In this document: positions 33,800-44,675 of the stretch, piece after piece
Layout: each line of letters opens with the position of its first letter
Position numbering within the stretch: the first letter of the stretch is position 1
Source of the DNA: a virus
Taxonomy: Duplodnaviria > Heunggongvirae > Uroviricota > Caudoviricetes
DNA: 45,254 bases
Strand: one strand, 5' to 3'
Virus record (IMG/VR): IMGVR_UViG_643348545_000006
Span: 1-45,254 of that record
Notes under the pieces: model-generated
Told to the model about the DNA's origin: nothing
The model's input: the letters and a program-made list of their open reading frames with translations, nothing else
Database searches by the model: none
Program-made: the position numbers and the translations under genes

Positions 33800-34239
33800 A
33801 TTTTGCCCTCAGACTGGCGCGTGAGATGGGGAGGCCTGACTGGCGCGCCATGCTTGCCGGGATGACATCCACCGAATATGCCGACTGGCGACATTTTTAC
33901 CGCACGCATTATTTTCAGGATACCCAACTGGATATGCATTTTTCCGGGCTGATGTACGCCGTACTCAGCCTGTTTTTTTGCGATCCGGATATGCATCCCT
34001 CGGATTTCAGTCTGCTTGTCCCCCGGCATGAGGAAGAGCAGGTGGAGAGGCCGGATGAGGACAAAATGCTGATGCAGAAAGCGGCAGGACTTGCCGGAGG
34101 CGTCCGGTTCGGTGGGGACGGAGGGCGCGATATTTTATCGTCTGCGGATGTGGCGGATGTCATGGTGGATGATGCCGCATTAATGATGGCTTCAGCGGGG
34201 ATTCCGGGAGGTGTGAGATATGTCCCAGCCGGTTGGTGA
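33775..34239 (+). CDS. T: Tail assembly protein T segment, expressed as G-T fusion by -1 programmed frameshift
   Basis: -1 frame ORF open from the GGGAAAG slip site (33775-33781) to the stop at 34239; ends in an overlap with the tape measure start, as in lambda G/GT. Confidence 0.7.
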   Translation, partial: GKVFDGELNFALRLAREMGRPDWRAMLAGMTSTEYADWRHFYRTHYFQDTQLDMHFSGLMYAVLSLFFCDPDMHPSDFSLLVPRHEEEQVERPDEDKMLMQKAAGLAGGVRFGGDGGRDILSSADVADVMVDDAALMMASAGIPGGVRYVPAGW

Positions 34240-36781
34240 TCTTGTTATTGACCTGAGTCTGGATGCTGTCCGTTTCGATGAGCAGATGAGCCGGGTAAGG
34301 CGTCATTTTTCAGGTCTGGATACCGACGCCAGAAAAACCGCCAGTGCTGTTGAACAGGGCCTGAGCCGCCAGGCGCTGGCCGCACAAAAAGCCGGGATTT
34401 CCGTCGGGCAGTATAAAGCAGCCATGCGTACCCTGCCCGCACAGTTTACGGATATCGCCACGCAGCTTGCCGGTGGTCAGAATCCCTGGCTCATCCTGCT
34501 GCAACAGGGCGGTCAGGTGAAGGACTCCTTCGGCGGGATGATCCCCATGTTCAGGGGGCTTGCCGGTGCGATCACCCTGCCGATGGTCGGGGTCACCTCG
34601 CTGGCGGTGGCGACAGGTGCGCTGGTGTACGCCTGGTACCAGGGGGATTCCACGCTTTCAGAATTTAATAAAACGCTGGTCCTTTCCGGCAATCAGGCCG
34701 GACTGACTGCCGATCGTATGCTGACGCTCTCAAGAGCCGGGCAGGCAGCAGGGCTGACGTTTAACCAGGCGAGAGAGTCACTGGCAGCCCTGGTGAATGC
34801 CGGTGTGCGTGGTGGTGAACAGTTTGATGCCATTAACCAGAGTGTCGCGCGTTTTGCGTCTGCATCCGGTGTGGAGGTGGATAAAGTCGCTGAAGCCTTC
34901 GGGAAGCTGACCACTGACCCGACGTCGGGACTGATGGCGATGGCGCGCCAGTTCCGTAACGTGACGGCAGAGCAGATTGCGTATGTTGCTCAGTTGCAGC
35001 GTTCCGGCGATGAAGCCGGGGCATTGCAGGCGGCGAACGAGGCCGCAACGAAAGGGTTTGATGACCAGACCCGCCGCCTGAAAGAGAACATGGGCACGCT
35101 GGAGACCTGGGCAGACAGGACAGCGCGGGCGTTCAAATCCATGTGGGATGCGGTGCTGGATATTGGTCGTCCTGATACCGCGCAGGAGATGCTGATTAAG
35201 GCAGAGGCTGCGTTTAAGAAAGCAGACGACATCTGGAATCTGCGCAAGGATGATTATTTTGTTAACGATGAAGCGCGGGCGCGTTACTGGGATGATCGTG
35301 AAAAGGCCCGTCTTGCGCTTGAAGCCGCCCGAAAGAAGGCTGAGCAGCAGACTCAACAGGACAAAAATGCGCAGCGGCAGAGCGATACCGAAGCGTCACG
35401 GCTGAAATATACCGAAGAGGCGCAGAAGGCTTACGAACGGCTGCAGACGCCGCTGGAGAAATATACCGCCCGTCAGGAAGAACTGAACAAGGCACTGAAA
35501 GACGGGAAAATCCTGCAGGCGGATTACAACACGCTGATGGCGGCGGCGAAAAAGGATTATGAAGCGACGCTGAAAAAGCCGAAACAGTCCGGCGTGAAGG
35601 TGTCTGCGGGCGATCGTCAGGAAGACAGTGCTCATGCTGCCCTGCTGACGCTTCAGGCAGAACTCCGGACGCTGGAGAAGCATGCCGGAGCGAATGAGAA
35701 AATCAGCCAGCAGCGCCGGGATTTGTGGAAGGCGGAGAGTCAGTTCGCGGTACTGGAGGAGGCGGCGCAACGTCGCCAGCTGTCTGCACAGGAGAAATCC
35801 CTGCTGGCGCATAAAGATGAGACGCTGGAGTACAAACGCCAGCTGGCTGCACTTGGCGACAAGGTTACGTATCAGGAGCGCCTGAACGCGCTGGCGCAGC
35901 AGGCGGATAAATTCGCACAGCAGCAACGGGCAAAACGGGCCGCCATTGATGCGAAAAGCCGGGGGCTGACTGACCGGCAGGCAGAACGGGAAGCCACGGA
36001 ACAGCGCCTGAAGGAACAGTATGGCGATAATCCGCTGGCGCTGAATAACGTCATGTCAGAGCAGAAAAAGACCTGGGCGGCTGAAGACCAGCTTCGCGGG
36101 AGCTGGATGGCAGGCCTGAAGTCCGGCTGGGGGGAGTGGGCGGAAAGTGCGACGGACAGTTTTTCGCAGGTTAAAAGTGCGGCCACGCAGACCTTTGACG
36201 GTATTGCACAGAATATGGCGGCGATGCTGACCGGCAGCGAACAGAACTGGCGGGGATTCACCCGTTCGGTGCTGTCCATGATGACAGAAATCCTGCTTAA
36301 ACAGGCCATGGTGGGCATTGTCGGGCGTATCGGCAGCGCCATTGGTGGTGCTTTCGGTGGTGGTGCGTCTGCCTCCACGGGGACGGCCATTCAGGCTGCG
36401 GCGGCGAACTTCCATTTCGCGACCGGGGGATTTACGGGAACCGGTGGCAAATATGAGCCAGCGGGGATTGTCCACCGCGGGGAGTTTGTCTTCACGAAGG
36501 AGGCGACCAGCCGGATTGGTGTCGGCAACCTGTATCGTCTGATGCGCGGGTATGCGGAAGGTGGTTATGTCGGCGGTGCCGGAAGTCAGGCGCAGATGCG
36601 GCGGGCGGAAGGTATTAATTTTAATCAGAACAATCACGTGGTGATTCAGAACGACGGTATCAACGGACAGGCCGGGCCGCAGCTGATGAAAGCGGTGTAT
36701 GACATGGCCCGCAAGGGGGCGCAGGATGAGCTCCGGCTGCAGTTGCGTGATGGCGGTATGTTATCAGGGAGCGGGCGATGA
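34220..36781 (+). CDS. H: Tail tape measure protein gpH
   Basis: 853 aa, the same length as lambda H; long helix-rich protein between the G/T chaperone and gpM. Confidence 0.9.
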   Translation: MSQPVGDLVIDLSLDAVRFDEQMSRVRRHFSGLDTDARKTASAVEQGLSRQALAAQKAGISVGQYKAAMRTLPAQFTDIATQLAGGQNPWLILLQQGGQVKDSFGGMIPMFRGLAGAITLPMVGVTSLAVATGALVYAWYQGDSTLSEFNKTLVLSGNQAGLTADRMLTLSRAGQAAGLTFNQARESLAALVNAGVRGGEQFDAINQSVARFASASGVEVDKVAEAFGKLTTDPTSGLMAMARQFRNVTAEQIAYVAQLQRSGDEAGALQAANEAATKGFDDQTRRLKENMGTLETWADRTARAFKSMWDAVLDIGRPDTAQEMLIKAEAAFKKADDIWNLRKDDYFVNDEARARYWDDREKARLALEAARKKAEQQTQQDKNAQRQSDTEASRLKYTEEAQKAYERLQTPLEKYTARQEELNKALKDGKILQADYNTLMAAAKKDYEATLKKPKQSGVKVSAGDRQEDSAHAALLTLQAELRTLEKHAGANEKISQQRRDLWKAESQFAVLEEAAQRRQLSAQEKSLLAHKDETLEYKRQLAALGDKVTYQERLNALAQQADKFAQQQRAKRAAIDAKSRGLTDRQAEREATEQRLKEQYGDNPLALNNVMSEQKKTWAAEDQLRGSWMAGLKSGWGEWAESATDSFSQVKSAATQTFDGIAQNMAAMLTGSEQNWRGFTRSVLSMMTEILLKQAMVGIVGRIGSAIGGAFGGGASASTGTAIQAAAANFHFATGGFTGTGGKYEPAGIVHRGEFVFTKEATSRIGVGNLYRLMRGYAEGGYVGGAGSQAQMRRAEGINFNQNNHVVIQNDGINGQAGPQLMKAVYDMARKGAQDELRLQLRDGGMLSGSGR

Positions 36782-37107
36782 AAACCTTTCGCTGGAAAGT
36801 GAAGCCGGATATGGAGGTGAACTCGCAGCCATCGGTGCGTGAAGTGCGTTTTGGTGACGGGTACTCACAGCGTATGGCGGCAGGGCTGAATGCTGACCTG
36901 AAAACATACAGGGTGACGCTTTCCGTGACCCGGGAGGAGGCCCGGCATCTGGAAGCGTTCCTGGCAGAGCACGGTGGCTGGAAGGCATTTTTGTGGAAGC
37001 CACCCTATGCATACCGGCAGATAAAGGTGACCTGTGCCGGGTGGTCTGCGCGGGTCGGGATGTTGCGCGTTGAGTTCAGCGCGGAGTTTAAGCAGGTGGT
37101 GAACTGA
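36778..37107 (+). CDS. M: Minor tail protein gpM
   Basis: 109 aa, the lambda M size; position between H and L; coupled overlaps with both neighbours. Confidence 0.85.
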   Translation: MKTFRWKVKPDMEVNSQPSVREVRFGDGYSQRMAAGLNADLKTYRVTLSVTREEARHLEAFLAEHGGWKAFLWKPPYAYRQIKVTCAGWSARVGMLRVEFSAEFKQVVN

Positions 37108-37805
37108 TGCAGGATATTCACGAAGAAAGTCTGAGCGAGTCGGTTAAATCAGAGCAGTCACCGCGGGTGGTACTCTGGGAAATCGACCTGACGGTACAGG
37201 GTGGTGAGCGGTATTTTTTCTGCAATGAGCTGAATGAAAAAGGGGAGCCGGTGACCTGGCAGGGGCGTGAATATCAGGCGTACCCGATTGAGGGCAGCGG
37301 CTTTGAGATGAACGGAAAGGGCAGCAGTGCCCGCCCGTCGCTGACGGTGTCCAATCTGTTTGGCCTTGTCACCGGGATGGCGGAGGATTTGCAGAGTCTG
37401 GTGGGTGCCACGGTGGTCCGTCGCCGGGTGTATGCGCGTTTTCTGGATGCGGTGAACTTTGTGGCAGGCAATCCTGAGGCAGACCCGGAGCAGGAGCTGA
37501 CGGACCGGTGGGTGGTGGAGCAGATGTCAGCGCTGACGTCCATGACGGCCTCGTTTGTGCTGGCGACACCGACGGAGACGGACGGTGCGCTGTTTCCCGG
37601 TCGCATCATGCTGGCGAACACCTGTATGTGGACCTACCGCTCTGATGAGTGTGGTTACACGGGCGGGGCTGTGGCGGATGAGTTCGATAAACCCACCACG
37701 GATATCCGTAAGGACAGATGCAGCAAGTGCATGCGCGGGTGTGAACTGCGCAGGAATGTCGGCAATTTTGGCGGTTTCCTTTCCATCAATAAACTTTCGC
37801 AGTAA
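37107..37805 (+). CDS. L: Minor tail protein gpL
   Basis: 232 aa, the lambda L size; C-terminal Cys cluster; gene order. Confidence 0.85.
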   Translation: MQDIHEESLSESVKSEQSPRVVLWEIDLTVQGGERYFFCNELNEKGEPVTWQGREYQAYPIEGSGFEMNGKGSSARPSLTVSNLFGLVTGMAEDLQSLVGATVVRRRVYARFLDAVNFVAGNPEADPEQELTDRWVVEQMSALTSMTASFVLATPTETDGALFPGRIMLANTCMWTYRSDECGYTGGAVADEFDKPTTDIRKDRCSKCMRGCELRRNVGNFGGFLSINKLSQ

Positions 37806-37815
37806 ATCCTGTTTT

Positions 37816-38559
37816 ATGACACAGACTGAATCAGCGATTCTGGCGCATGCCCGGCGGTGTGCGCCTGCGGAGTCGTGCGGCTTCGTGATAAGCACGCCGG
37901 AGGGGGAGCGGTATATCCCTTGTGTGAATATTTCCGCAGAGCCGGAGGCGTATTTTCGTATCGCACCGGAAGACTGGCTGCGGGCAGAGATGCAGGGGGA
38001 GATTGTGGCACTGGTCCACAGTCATCCCGGTGGTCTGCCCTGGCTGAGCGAGGCCGACCGGCGGCTGCAGATAAAAAGCGCACTGCCCTGGTGGCTGGTC
38101 AGCCGGGGTGACATTCACAAATTCCGCTGTGTGCCACATCTGACAGGACGGCGCTTTGAGCACGGGGTGACGGACTGTTACACGCTGTTCCGGGATGCTT
38201 ATCATCTGGCGGGGACTGAAATGCCGGATTTTCATCGCGAGGATGACTGGTGGCGCAACGGCCAGAACCTGTACCTGGATAATCTGGAGGCCACAGGGCT
38301 GTATCAGGTGCCGTTGTCATCAGCACAACCGGGCGATGTGCTGCTGTGCTGCTTTGGTGCTTCGGTACCGAACCATGCCGCCATTTACTGTGGCAACGGT
38401 GAGCTGCTTCACCATCTGCCTGAACAACTGAGTAAACGGGAGAGGTATTCCGAAAAATGGCAACGACGAACGCATTCTGTCTGGCGTCACCGCCACTGGC
38501 ACGCATCTGCCTTCACGGGGATTTACAACGATTTGGCCGCCGCCTCAGCCTGTATGTGA
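37816..38559 (+). CDS. K: Tail assembly protein gpK
   Basis: Start MTQTESAILAHARRCAPAESCGFV chosen by match to recalled lambda K; JAB/NlpC-like region HSHPGG; about 100-nt overlap with gpI as in lambda. Confidence 0.85.
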   Translation: MTQTESAILAHARRCAPAESCGFVISTPEGERYIPCVNISAEPEAYFRIAPEDWLRAEMQGEIVALVHSHPGGLPWLSEADRRLQIKSALPWWLVSRGDIHKFRCVPHLTGRRFEHGVTDCYTLFRDAYHLAGTEMPDFHREDDWWRNGQNLYLDNLEATGLYQVPLSSAQPGDVLLCCFGASVPNHAAIYCGNGELLHHLPEQLSKRERYSEKWQRRTHSVWRHRHWHASAFTGIYNDLAAASACM

Positions 38560-39137
38560 ACACGGCAGCGGAAGCCATCCGGGCGCTGTCGTTACAGGTG
38601 CCCGGATTCCGCCGTCAGATGAACGAAGGCTGGTACCAGATACGTATTGCCGGTGAGGACACGGCACCGGAGGCGGTGTACGCCCGTCTTCACGAACAGC
38701 TGGGTGAGGGAACGGTCATCCACATTGTGCCGCGACTGGCCGGTGCCGGAAAGGGCGGACTGCAGATTGTGCTGGGGGCGGCGGCCATCGTGGGGTCGTT
38801 CATCACGGCCGGAGCCTCGATGGCGTTATGGGGTTCAGCCCTGGCAGCCGGTGGTTTTTCTGCCACCACGATGCTGTTTTCACTTGGAGCCAGCATGATT
38901 CTGGGCGGTGTGGCCCAGATGCTGGCCCCGAAGGCAAAAACACCGGATTACCGGGCAACGGATAACGGTAAACAGAACACGTACTTTTCCTCACTGGACA
39001 ACATGATTGCCCAGGGCAACCCGATGCCGGTGCCTTACGGGGAAATGCTGGTTGGCTCCCGCCGTATATCCCAGGACATCAGTACCCGTGATGAAGGCGG
39101 GGGCGGAAAGGTCGTGGTTATCGGGCGGCAGGGGTAA
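38457..39137 (+). CDS. I: Tail assembly protein gpI
   Basis: 226 aa with Gly/Ala-rich hydrophobic segment; overlaps K; precedes J. Confidence 0.85.
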   Translation: MATTNAFCLASPPLARICLHGDLQRFGRRLSLYVNTAAEAIRALSLQVPGFRRQMNEGWYQIRIAGEDTAPEAVYARLHEQLGEGTVIHIVPRLAGAGKGGLQIVLGAAAIVGSFITAGASMALWGSALAAGGFSATTMLFSLGASMILGGVAQMLAPKAKTPDYRATDNGKQNTYFSSLDNMIAQGNPMPVPYGEMLVGSRRISQDISTRDEGGGGKVVVIGRQG

Positions 39138-39387
39138 AAAGAATAAAAAAATCCCGCAGTGATCGCGGACAGGAACTGCGGGAGAGTTACGAAGATTAAG
39201 TGTAAGGAATTATTCTTATGTCACGACAAAAAAATTAACGCAGAGAAATTATACGCGCCACAGTCAGTTTGTGAAAATGTGAAGATATTCAGAATTTTTA
39301 TTCAGTCATGATACAGGCATCCTCCGGGGTGCCTGTTGTTTTTTGGGCATAAACAGATTCAGACATCAGACAGGAGAGGGGGAGCGA

Positions 39388-42300
39388 GTGGGTAAAGGTG
39401 GCGGCAGGGCGCACACGCCTCGTGAGGCGAAGGATAATCTCAAATCCACGCAGATGATGAGCGTGATTGATGCGATTGGTGAGGGACCCATTGAAGGTCC
39501 GGTGAAAGGCCTGCAGAGTATTCTGGTGAACAAAACCCCGCTGACGGACACGGACGGTAATCCCGTGATACACGGTGTGACCGCGGTCTGGCGCGCCGGG
39601 GAGCAGGAGCAGACACCACCGGAAGGCTTTGAGTCCTCCGGAGCTGAAACTGTACTGGGTGTGGAAGTGACGAAGGCAAAACCGGTGACACGCACCATTA
39701 CGTCAGCGAACATTGACCGCCTGCGGGTGACCTTCGGGGTGCAGTCACTGGTGGAGACCACGTCAAAGGGTGACCGTAATCCGTCCTCTGTCCGTCTGCT
39801 GATTCAGTTACAGCGTAACGGTAACTGGGTGACAGAAAAGGATGTCACCATTAACGGCAAGACCACCTCACAGTTCCTGGCGTCGGTGATTCTGGATAAT
39901 CTGCCGCCCCGGCCCTTTAACATCCGGATGGTCAGGGAGACGGCGGACAGCACCACGGACCAGCTGCAGAATAAGACGCTCTGGTCGTCATACACCGAAA
40001 TCATCGATGTGAAACAGTGCTACCCGAACACGGCCATTGTGGGGCTGCAGGTGGATGCGGAGCAGTTCGGCGGCCAGCAGATGACGGTGAACTACCATAT
40101 CCGCGGTCGCATCATCCAGGTGCCGTCAAACTATGACCCGGAAAAATGCACGTACAGTGGTATCTGGGACGGCAGTCTGAAACCGGCATACAGTAACAAT
40201 CCGGCCTGGTGTCTGTGGGACATGCTGACTCACCCGCGCTACGGGATGGGAAAACGCCTGGGGGCGGCGGATGTGGACAAGTGGGCGCTGTATGCCATCG
40301 GGCAGTACTGCGACCAGACGGTCCCGGATGGTTTCGGGGGCACAGAGCCGCGGATGACCTTTAATGCGTACCTGGCACAACAGCGTAAGGCATGGGACGT
40401 GCTCAGTGATTTCTGCTCGGCGATGCGCTGTATGCCGGTATGGAACGGCCAGACGCTGACGTTCGTTCAGGACCGTCCGTCGGATGTGGTGTGGCCGTAC
40501 ACCAACAGCGATGTGGTGGTGGATGATAACGGCGTGGGGTTCCGCTACAGCTTCAGTGCCCTGAAGGACCGGCACACGGCGGTGGAGGTGAATTACACCG
40601 ACCCGCAGAACGGCTGGCAGACCTCCACGGAACTGGTGGAAGACCCGGAAGCCATACTGCGCTACGGACGCAACCTGCTGAAGATGGACGCGTTCGGCTG
40701 TACCAGCCGCGGTCAGGCCCACCGTGCCGGGCTGTGGGTGATAAAGACCGAACTGCTGGAAACGCAGACGGTTGATTTCACACTCGGGTCTCAGGGGCTG
40801 CGGCACACACCCGGTGACATTATTGAAATCTGTGATAATGACTATGCCGGGACCCTGACCGGCGGACGTGTCCTGTCCATTGATGCTGCCACCCGCACCC
40901 TGACGCTGGACCGGGAGGTGACACTGCCGGAGACCGGCACGGCCACTGTTAATCTGATTAACGGCAGCGGTAAGCCGGCGAGCGTGGCCATCACCGCACA
41001 CCCCGCGCCTGACCGGATACAGGTCAGCACCCTGCCGGATGGTGTGGAGACATACGGTGTGTGGGGACTCTCCCTGCCGTCACTGCGTCGTCGCCTGTTC
41101 CGCTGTGTCTCCATCCGGGAAAACACGGACGGCACCTTTGCCATCACGGCGGTGCAGCACGTACCTGAAAAAGAAGCCATCGTGGATAACGGGGCCCGCT
41201 TTGAGCCGCAGTCAGGCACCCTGAACAGCGTTATCCCACCGGCAGTGCAGCACCTGACGGTGGAGGTGAGTGCAGCTGACGGTCAGTATCTGGCACAGGC
41301 GAAATGGGACACGCCGCGGGTGGTGAAGGGCGTGCGCTTCAGTCTGCGCCTGACCAGTGGAAGCGGTGAGAACAGCCGCCTGCTGACCACCGCCATCACT
41401 GCCGATACGGAGCACCGTTTCAGTGGCCTGCCTCCCGGGGAATACACCCTGACGGTCAGGGCGATTAACAGCTATGGCCAGCAGGGCGAACCCGCCACCA
41501 CCACGTTCCGGATTAACGCACCGGCAGCGCCTGCCGGTGTTGAACTGACGCCGGGGTATTTTCAGATAACGGCAGTCCCGAAACTGACCATTTATGACCC
41601 GACGGTGCAGTTTGAGTTCTGGTTTTCGGAGGCAAAAATTGCAGACGCCGCACAGGTGGAAACCTCTGCCCGTTATCTGGGGACAGGCAGCCAGTGGAGC
41701 GTCTCCGGCAGCCAGATTAAACCCGGGAAAGTTTTCTGGTTTTACGTGCGCAGCGTCAATCTGGTGGGTAAATCCGCGTTTGTTGAAGCCAGTGGACGGG
41801 CCAGTGATGATGCTGCGGGCTATCTGGAGTTTTTCCGGGAAAAGATAGGAAAAACACATCTGGCAGAGGCGTTGTGGGCAGAGATTGACAACAGCAAGCT
41901 GAAGGACGAGATGGCGGAAATGCAGACCACCATCACAGAAACCCGCAATGAAATCACGCAGACGGTCAGTAAAACGCTGGAGGACCAGAGCGCCACCATA
42001 CAGCAAATCCAGCGTGTGCAGACGGACACCCGTAATGACCTGAACAGCATGTGGGCGGTGAAGCTGCAGAAGATGCAGGACGGACGCCTTTATATTGCCG
42101 GTATTGGTGCAGGCATTGAGAATACGGATGAAGGGGTGCAGAGCCAGATACTGCTGGCAGCGGACCGCGTGGCATTCATTAACCCGGAAAATGGTAACAC
42201 CACACCCGCACTGGTCACGCAGGGTGGACAGACCTTTATCAATGAGGCGCTGATAAAGACGCTCACCGCCCCCACCATTACCAGCGGCGGCAATCCCCCC

Positions 42301-42918
42301 GCATTCTCCCTGACGCCGGACGGCAGGCTGACGGCCCGTAATGCCGATATCAGCGGGAATATCAGTGCCAGTTCCGGTACGCTGAATAACGTGACGATTG
42401 CGGAAGACTGCACCATTAATGGAACGATGAGCGCTGACCGAATCATTGGTGATATCGTCAAGGGATACACGGTTGATATGGGGCAGGGCGTAATGACTCA
42501 GAACCAGCTGACTTTTCAGAAAATGATTTTGCTGAAAGACAACATGCCGTTTGATCGCAAGCTTATGCTTATGGCGTATTCATTTTCCAGAGGTGAATTC
42601 ATCATGAAGATAAATGACAAAGTTGTCGTTCATGCCAGGTCAGGCAAAGTCAAAACCGGGGAGCGGGAGGTCCAGATTTCCAAAAACGCCAGCAGATATG
42701 AGCCGGTATATTCTGATGTTGGCGGAAGTGCGTCAGGCTCATGGAGTATTCCTGCCGGACAGGGTGATGTGCGGGTTGAAATTACATTCAGGTATGAAGC
42801 AGATGTGCTTTTTTACATGGGTGGTTCAATACTTCATGATAAGAGTAAAATTCGGATCCATGACCCGGTTCTGTTTTACCTGAAATCCTATACAGACGAT
42901 TTTGATACCGCATCGTGA
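39388..42918 (+). CDS. J: Tail tip / host specificity protein gpJ (GTG start)
   Basis: Translation from GTG at 39388 gives MGKGGGRAHTPREAKDNLKSTQ, matching recalled lambda J start MGKGSSKGHTPREAKDNLKSTQ, with AGGAGAGGGGGA upstream; long collinear match through about 1000 aa, then a divergent C-terminus. Confidence 0.85.
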   Translation: MGKGGGRAHTPREAKDNLKSTQMMSVIDAIGEGPIEGPVKGLQSILVNKTPLTDTDGNPVIHGVTAVWRAGEQEQTPPEGFESSGAETVLGVEVTKAKPVTRTITSANIDRLRVTFGVQSLVETTSKGDRNPSSVRLLIQLQRNGNWVTEKDVTINGKTTSQFLASVILDNLPPRPFNIRMVRETADSTTDQLQNKTLWSSYTEIIDVKQCYPNTAIVGLQVDAEQFGGQQMTVNYHIRGRIIQVPSNYDPEKCTYSGIWDGSLKPAYSNNPAWCLWDMLTHPRYGMGKRLGAADVDKWALYAIGQYCDQTVPDGFGGTEPRMTFNAYLAQQRKAWDVLSDFCSAMRCMPVWNGQTLTFVQDRPSDVVWPYTNSDVVVDDNGVGFRYSFSALKDRHTAVEVNYTDPQNGWQTSTELVEDPEAILRYGRNLLKMDAFGCTSRGQAHRAGLWVIKTELLETQTVDFTLGSQGLRHTPGDIIEICDNDYAGTLTGGRVLSIDAATRTLTLDREVTLPETGTATVNLINGSGKPASVAITAHPAPDRIQVSTLPDGVETYGVWGLSLPSLRRRLFRCVSIRENTDGTFAITAVQHVPEKEAIVDNGARFEPQSGTLNSVIPPAVQHLTVEVSAADGQYLAQAKWDTPRVVKGVRFSLRLTSGSGENSRLLTTAITADTEHRFSGLPPGEYTLTVRAINSYGQQGEPATTTFRINAPAAPAGVELTPGYFQITAVPKLTIYDPTVQFEFWFSEAKIADAAQVETSARYLGTGSQWSVSGSQIKPGKVFWFYVRSVNLVGKSAFVEASGRASDDAAGYLEFFREKIGKTHLAEALWAEIDNSKLKDEMAEMQTTITETRNEITQTVSKTLEDQSATIQQIQRVQTDTRNDLNSMWAVKLQKMQDGRLYIAGIGAGIENTDEGVQSQILLAADRVAFINPENGNTTPALVTQGGQTFINEALIKTLTAPTITSGGNPPAFSLTPDGRLTARNADISGNISASSGTLNNVTIAEDCTINGTMSADRIIGDIVKGYTVDMGQGVMTQNQLTFQKMILLKDNMPFDRKLMLMAYSFSRGEFIMKINDKVVVHARSGKVKTGEREVQISKNASRYEPVYSDVGGSASGSWSIPAGQGDVRVEITFRYEADVLFYMGGSILHDKSKIRIHDPVLFYLKSYTDDFDTAS

Positions 42919-43102
42919 CAGGTGGATAGTGAGGTATCATCCATCTGTTCGTGATTGCCGGAAAACGACAAAAGCCGGACATCGTACATTATCCACGGGT
43001 GCCTTTGACTGACGGCACCCTTTAACACCAGCCAGTCACAATTTATACCCCTGATCGCAGACCGGGTAACCGGTACTGCGGTTTTTTTTATGGGAGAAAT
43101 CT

Positions 43103-44656
43103 ATGACAGTCAGAATATCGGGCGTGCTGAAGGACGGCACCGGGAAGCCGGTGCCGGGATGCACCATAGAGCTGAAAGCGCGACGCACCACAGAGACAGT
43201 GATAGTCACCACGGTGGCGCAGGGGCAGCCGGGGGAAACCGGCAGTTACAGTTTTGATGTGGAGCCGGGGTGGTACCGGGTGACGCTGAACACGGAAGGG
43301 TACGCCCCGTCGTATGTGGGTGACATTCTGGTGAAGGCGGATTCTGAGCCGGGAACGCTGAATAAATTTCTGATGGAACAGGATGAGGCGCAGTATTACC
43401 CGAAAGCGCTTGCAGAGCTGGAAGCGGTGGCAGCGGAAATCCTGAAGCGTGCTGAAGCGTCGGCGGCGAGTGCAGAGGAAGCGAAGAAACGGGCAGAGAA
43501 TGCCCGGGGACCGGCGGGCGAGAAGGGGGACACAGGTCCACAGGGTGCCACAGGGGCACAGGGACCAGCCGGGGCAACGGGGGCGGTCGGACCAAAAGGT
43601 GAGCCGGGGCCAAAGGGAGAACGGGGAGAAACAGGTCCACAGGGACCGAAGGGCGATAAAGGTGACCCGGGCGGACCGCCGGGGCCGAAAGGTGACACCG
43701 GCCCACGTGGAGAGGCCGGACCACCCGGACCACAGGGTCCGGCAGGGCAAACCGGCCCGAAAGGGGATAAAGGTGAACCCGGCGCAACAGGTCCGGCAGG
43801 TCCCGCAGGCCCTCGGGGAGAAACCGGCCCCGCAGGTCCTGCGGGTCCCGCAGGCAGTGTCGCCAGTGTTCCGGATGCCAGCACATCACAGAAAGGTGTT
43901 GTACAGCTGAGCAGCGATACCAACAGCGATGATGAAACAAAAGCGGCAACCCCAAAGGCTGTGAAAGCGGTAATGGCAGAAGTGCAGGCAGCAAAAACGA
44001 AGGCAGAAGAGGCAGCAACCCGGGCAGCAGTCCCCGGACCGAAGGGGGACAGGGGGGAACCTGGCGCACCTGGTGCAGTGGGTCCCGCAGGCCCACGGGG
44101 ACCGGCTGGTGCAGCTGGTCCCAAAGGTGATGCAGGCCCGGCAGGCCCCGCAGGAAAGGATGGTACCGCCGGAGCGGAAGGTAAGGCAGGTCCGGCAGGG
44201 CCACGAGGTGAAAGGGGACCAGCGGGGGCACAGGGTGTTCCGGGGCCGGTTGGTCCGGCAGGTCCTGCGGGTAAAACGGGGCCACGAGGTTTGCAGGGAG
44301 AAACAGGAAGACAGGGCCCGACAGGTCCACAGGGCCCGACAGGTGAACCCGGACCACAGGGGCCAACCGGAAGGCTGGTACCCGGGGAAATTTACAGCAT
44401 CGGAACATACATTATTGCCGCACTAGGCCCGTATATAACCGACATCGGCAGAACCTATCAGCCAGGAGAAACTGTATCGGGTTCACGCCTTAAGCGATGC
44501 GCCCTAATCAAAGACGAAAACGGAAACTATATGAAAGCTAACACCGATGGCATTGACGGCAACCTATCCTCAGTTCCGGGGTCATGGATGGTGTGTAATG
44601 AAATTACGTCGACAAATGACAATGAAGGCATCGGGCTGTTCCAGCGCGCATACTGA
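43103..44656 (+). CDS. stf: Side tail fibre protein (Stf-like) with collagen-like Gly-X-Y repeats
   Basis: N-terminus [26 protein letters not shown] matches recalled lambda Stf ([26 protein letters not shown]); conserved [29 protein letters not shown]; two long Gly-X-Y tracts. Confidence 0.8.
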   Translation: MTVRISGVLKDGTGKPVPGCTIELKARRTTETVIVTTVAQGQPGETGSYSFDVEPGWYRVTLNTEGYAPSYVGDILVKADSEPGTLNKFLMEQDEAQYYPKALAELEAVAAEILKRAEASAASAEEAKKRAENARGPAGEKGDTGPQGATGAQGPAGATGAVGPKGEPGPKGERGETGPQGPKGDKGDPGGPPGPKGDTGPRGEAGPPGPQGPAGQTGPKGDKGEPGATGPAGPAGPRGETGPAGPAGPAGSVASVPDASTSQKGVVQLSSDTNSDDETKAATPKAVKAVMAEVQAAKTKAEEAATRAAVPGPKGDRGEPGAPGAVGPAGPRGPAGAAGPKGDAGPAGPAGKDGTAGAEGKAGPAGPRGERGPAGAQGVPGPVGPAGPAGKTGPRGLQGETGRQGPTGPQGPTGEPGPQGPTGRLVPGEIYSIGTYIIAALGPYITDIGRTYQPGETVSGSRLKRCALIKDENGNYMKANTDGIDGNLSSVPGSWMVCNEITSTNDNEGIGLFQRAY

Positions 44657-44675
44657 CAGACAGGAGATGACATGA

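Noticed and set aside
39343-39387. ATG at 39343 as the gpJ start (as in the ORF track)
   Set aside because: The lambda J N-terminus aligns from the GTG at 39388, which has a strong purine-rich ribosome binding site directly upstream; the ATG extension adds 15 residues with no counterpart.
42919-43102. Search for lom (outer membrane virulence-associated gene) between J and stf
   Set aside because: The interval is only 184 bp with no ORF; it contains a terminator-like hairpin. lom is absent.
43396-44426. Repetitive ORFs and possible repeat array in the collagen-like region
   Set aside because: The periodicity comes from Gly-X-Y codon repeats of the side tail fibre gene, not from a CRISPR array or independent genes.
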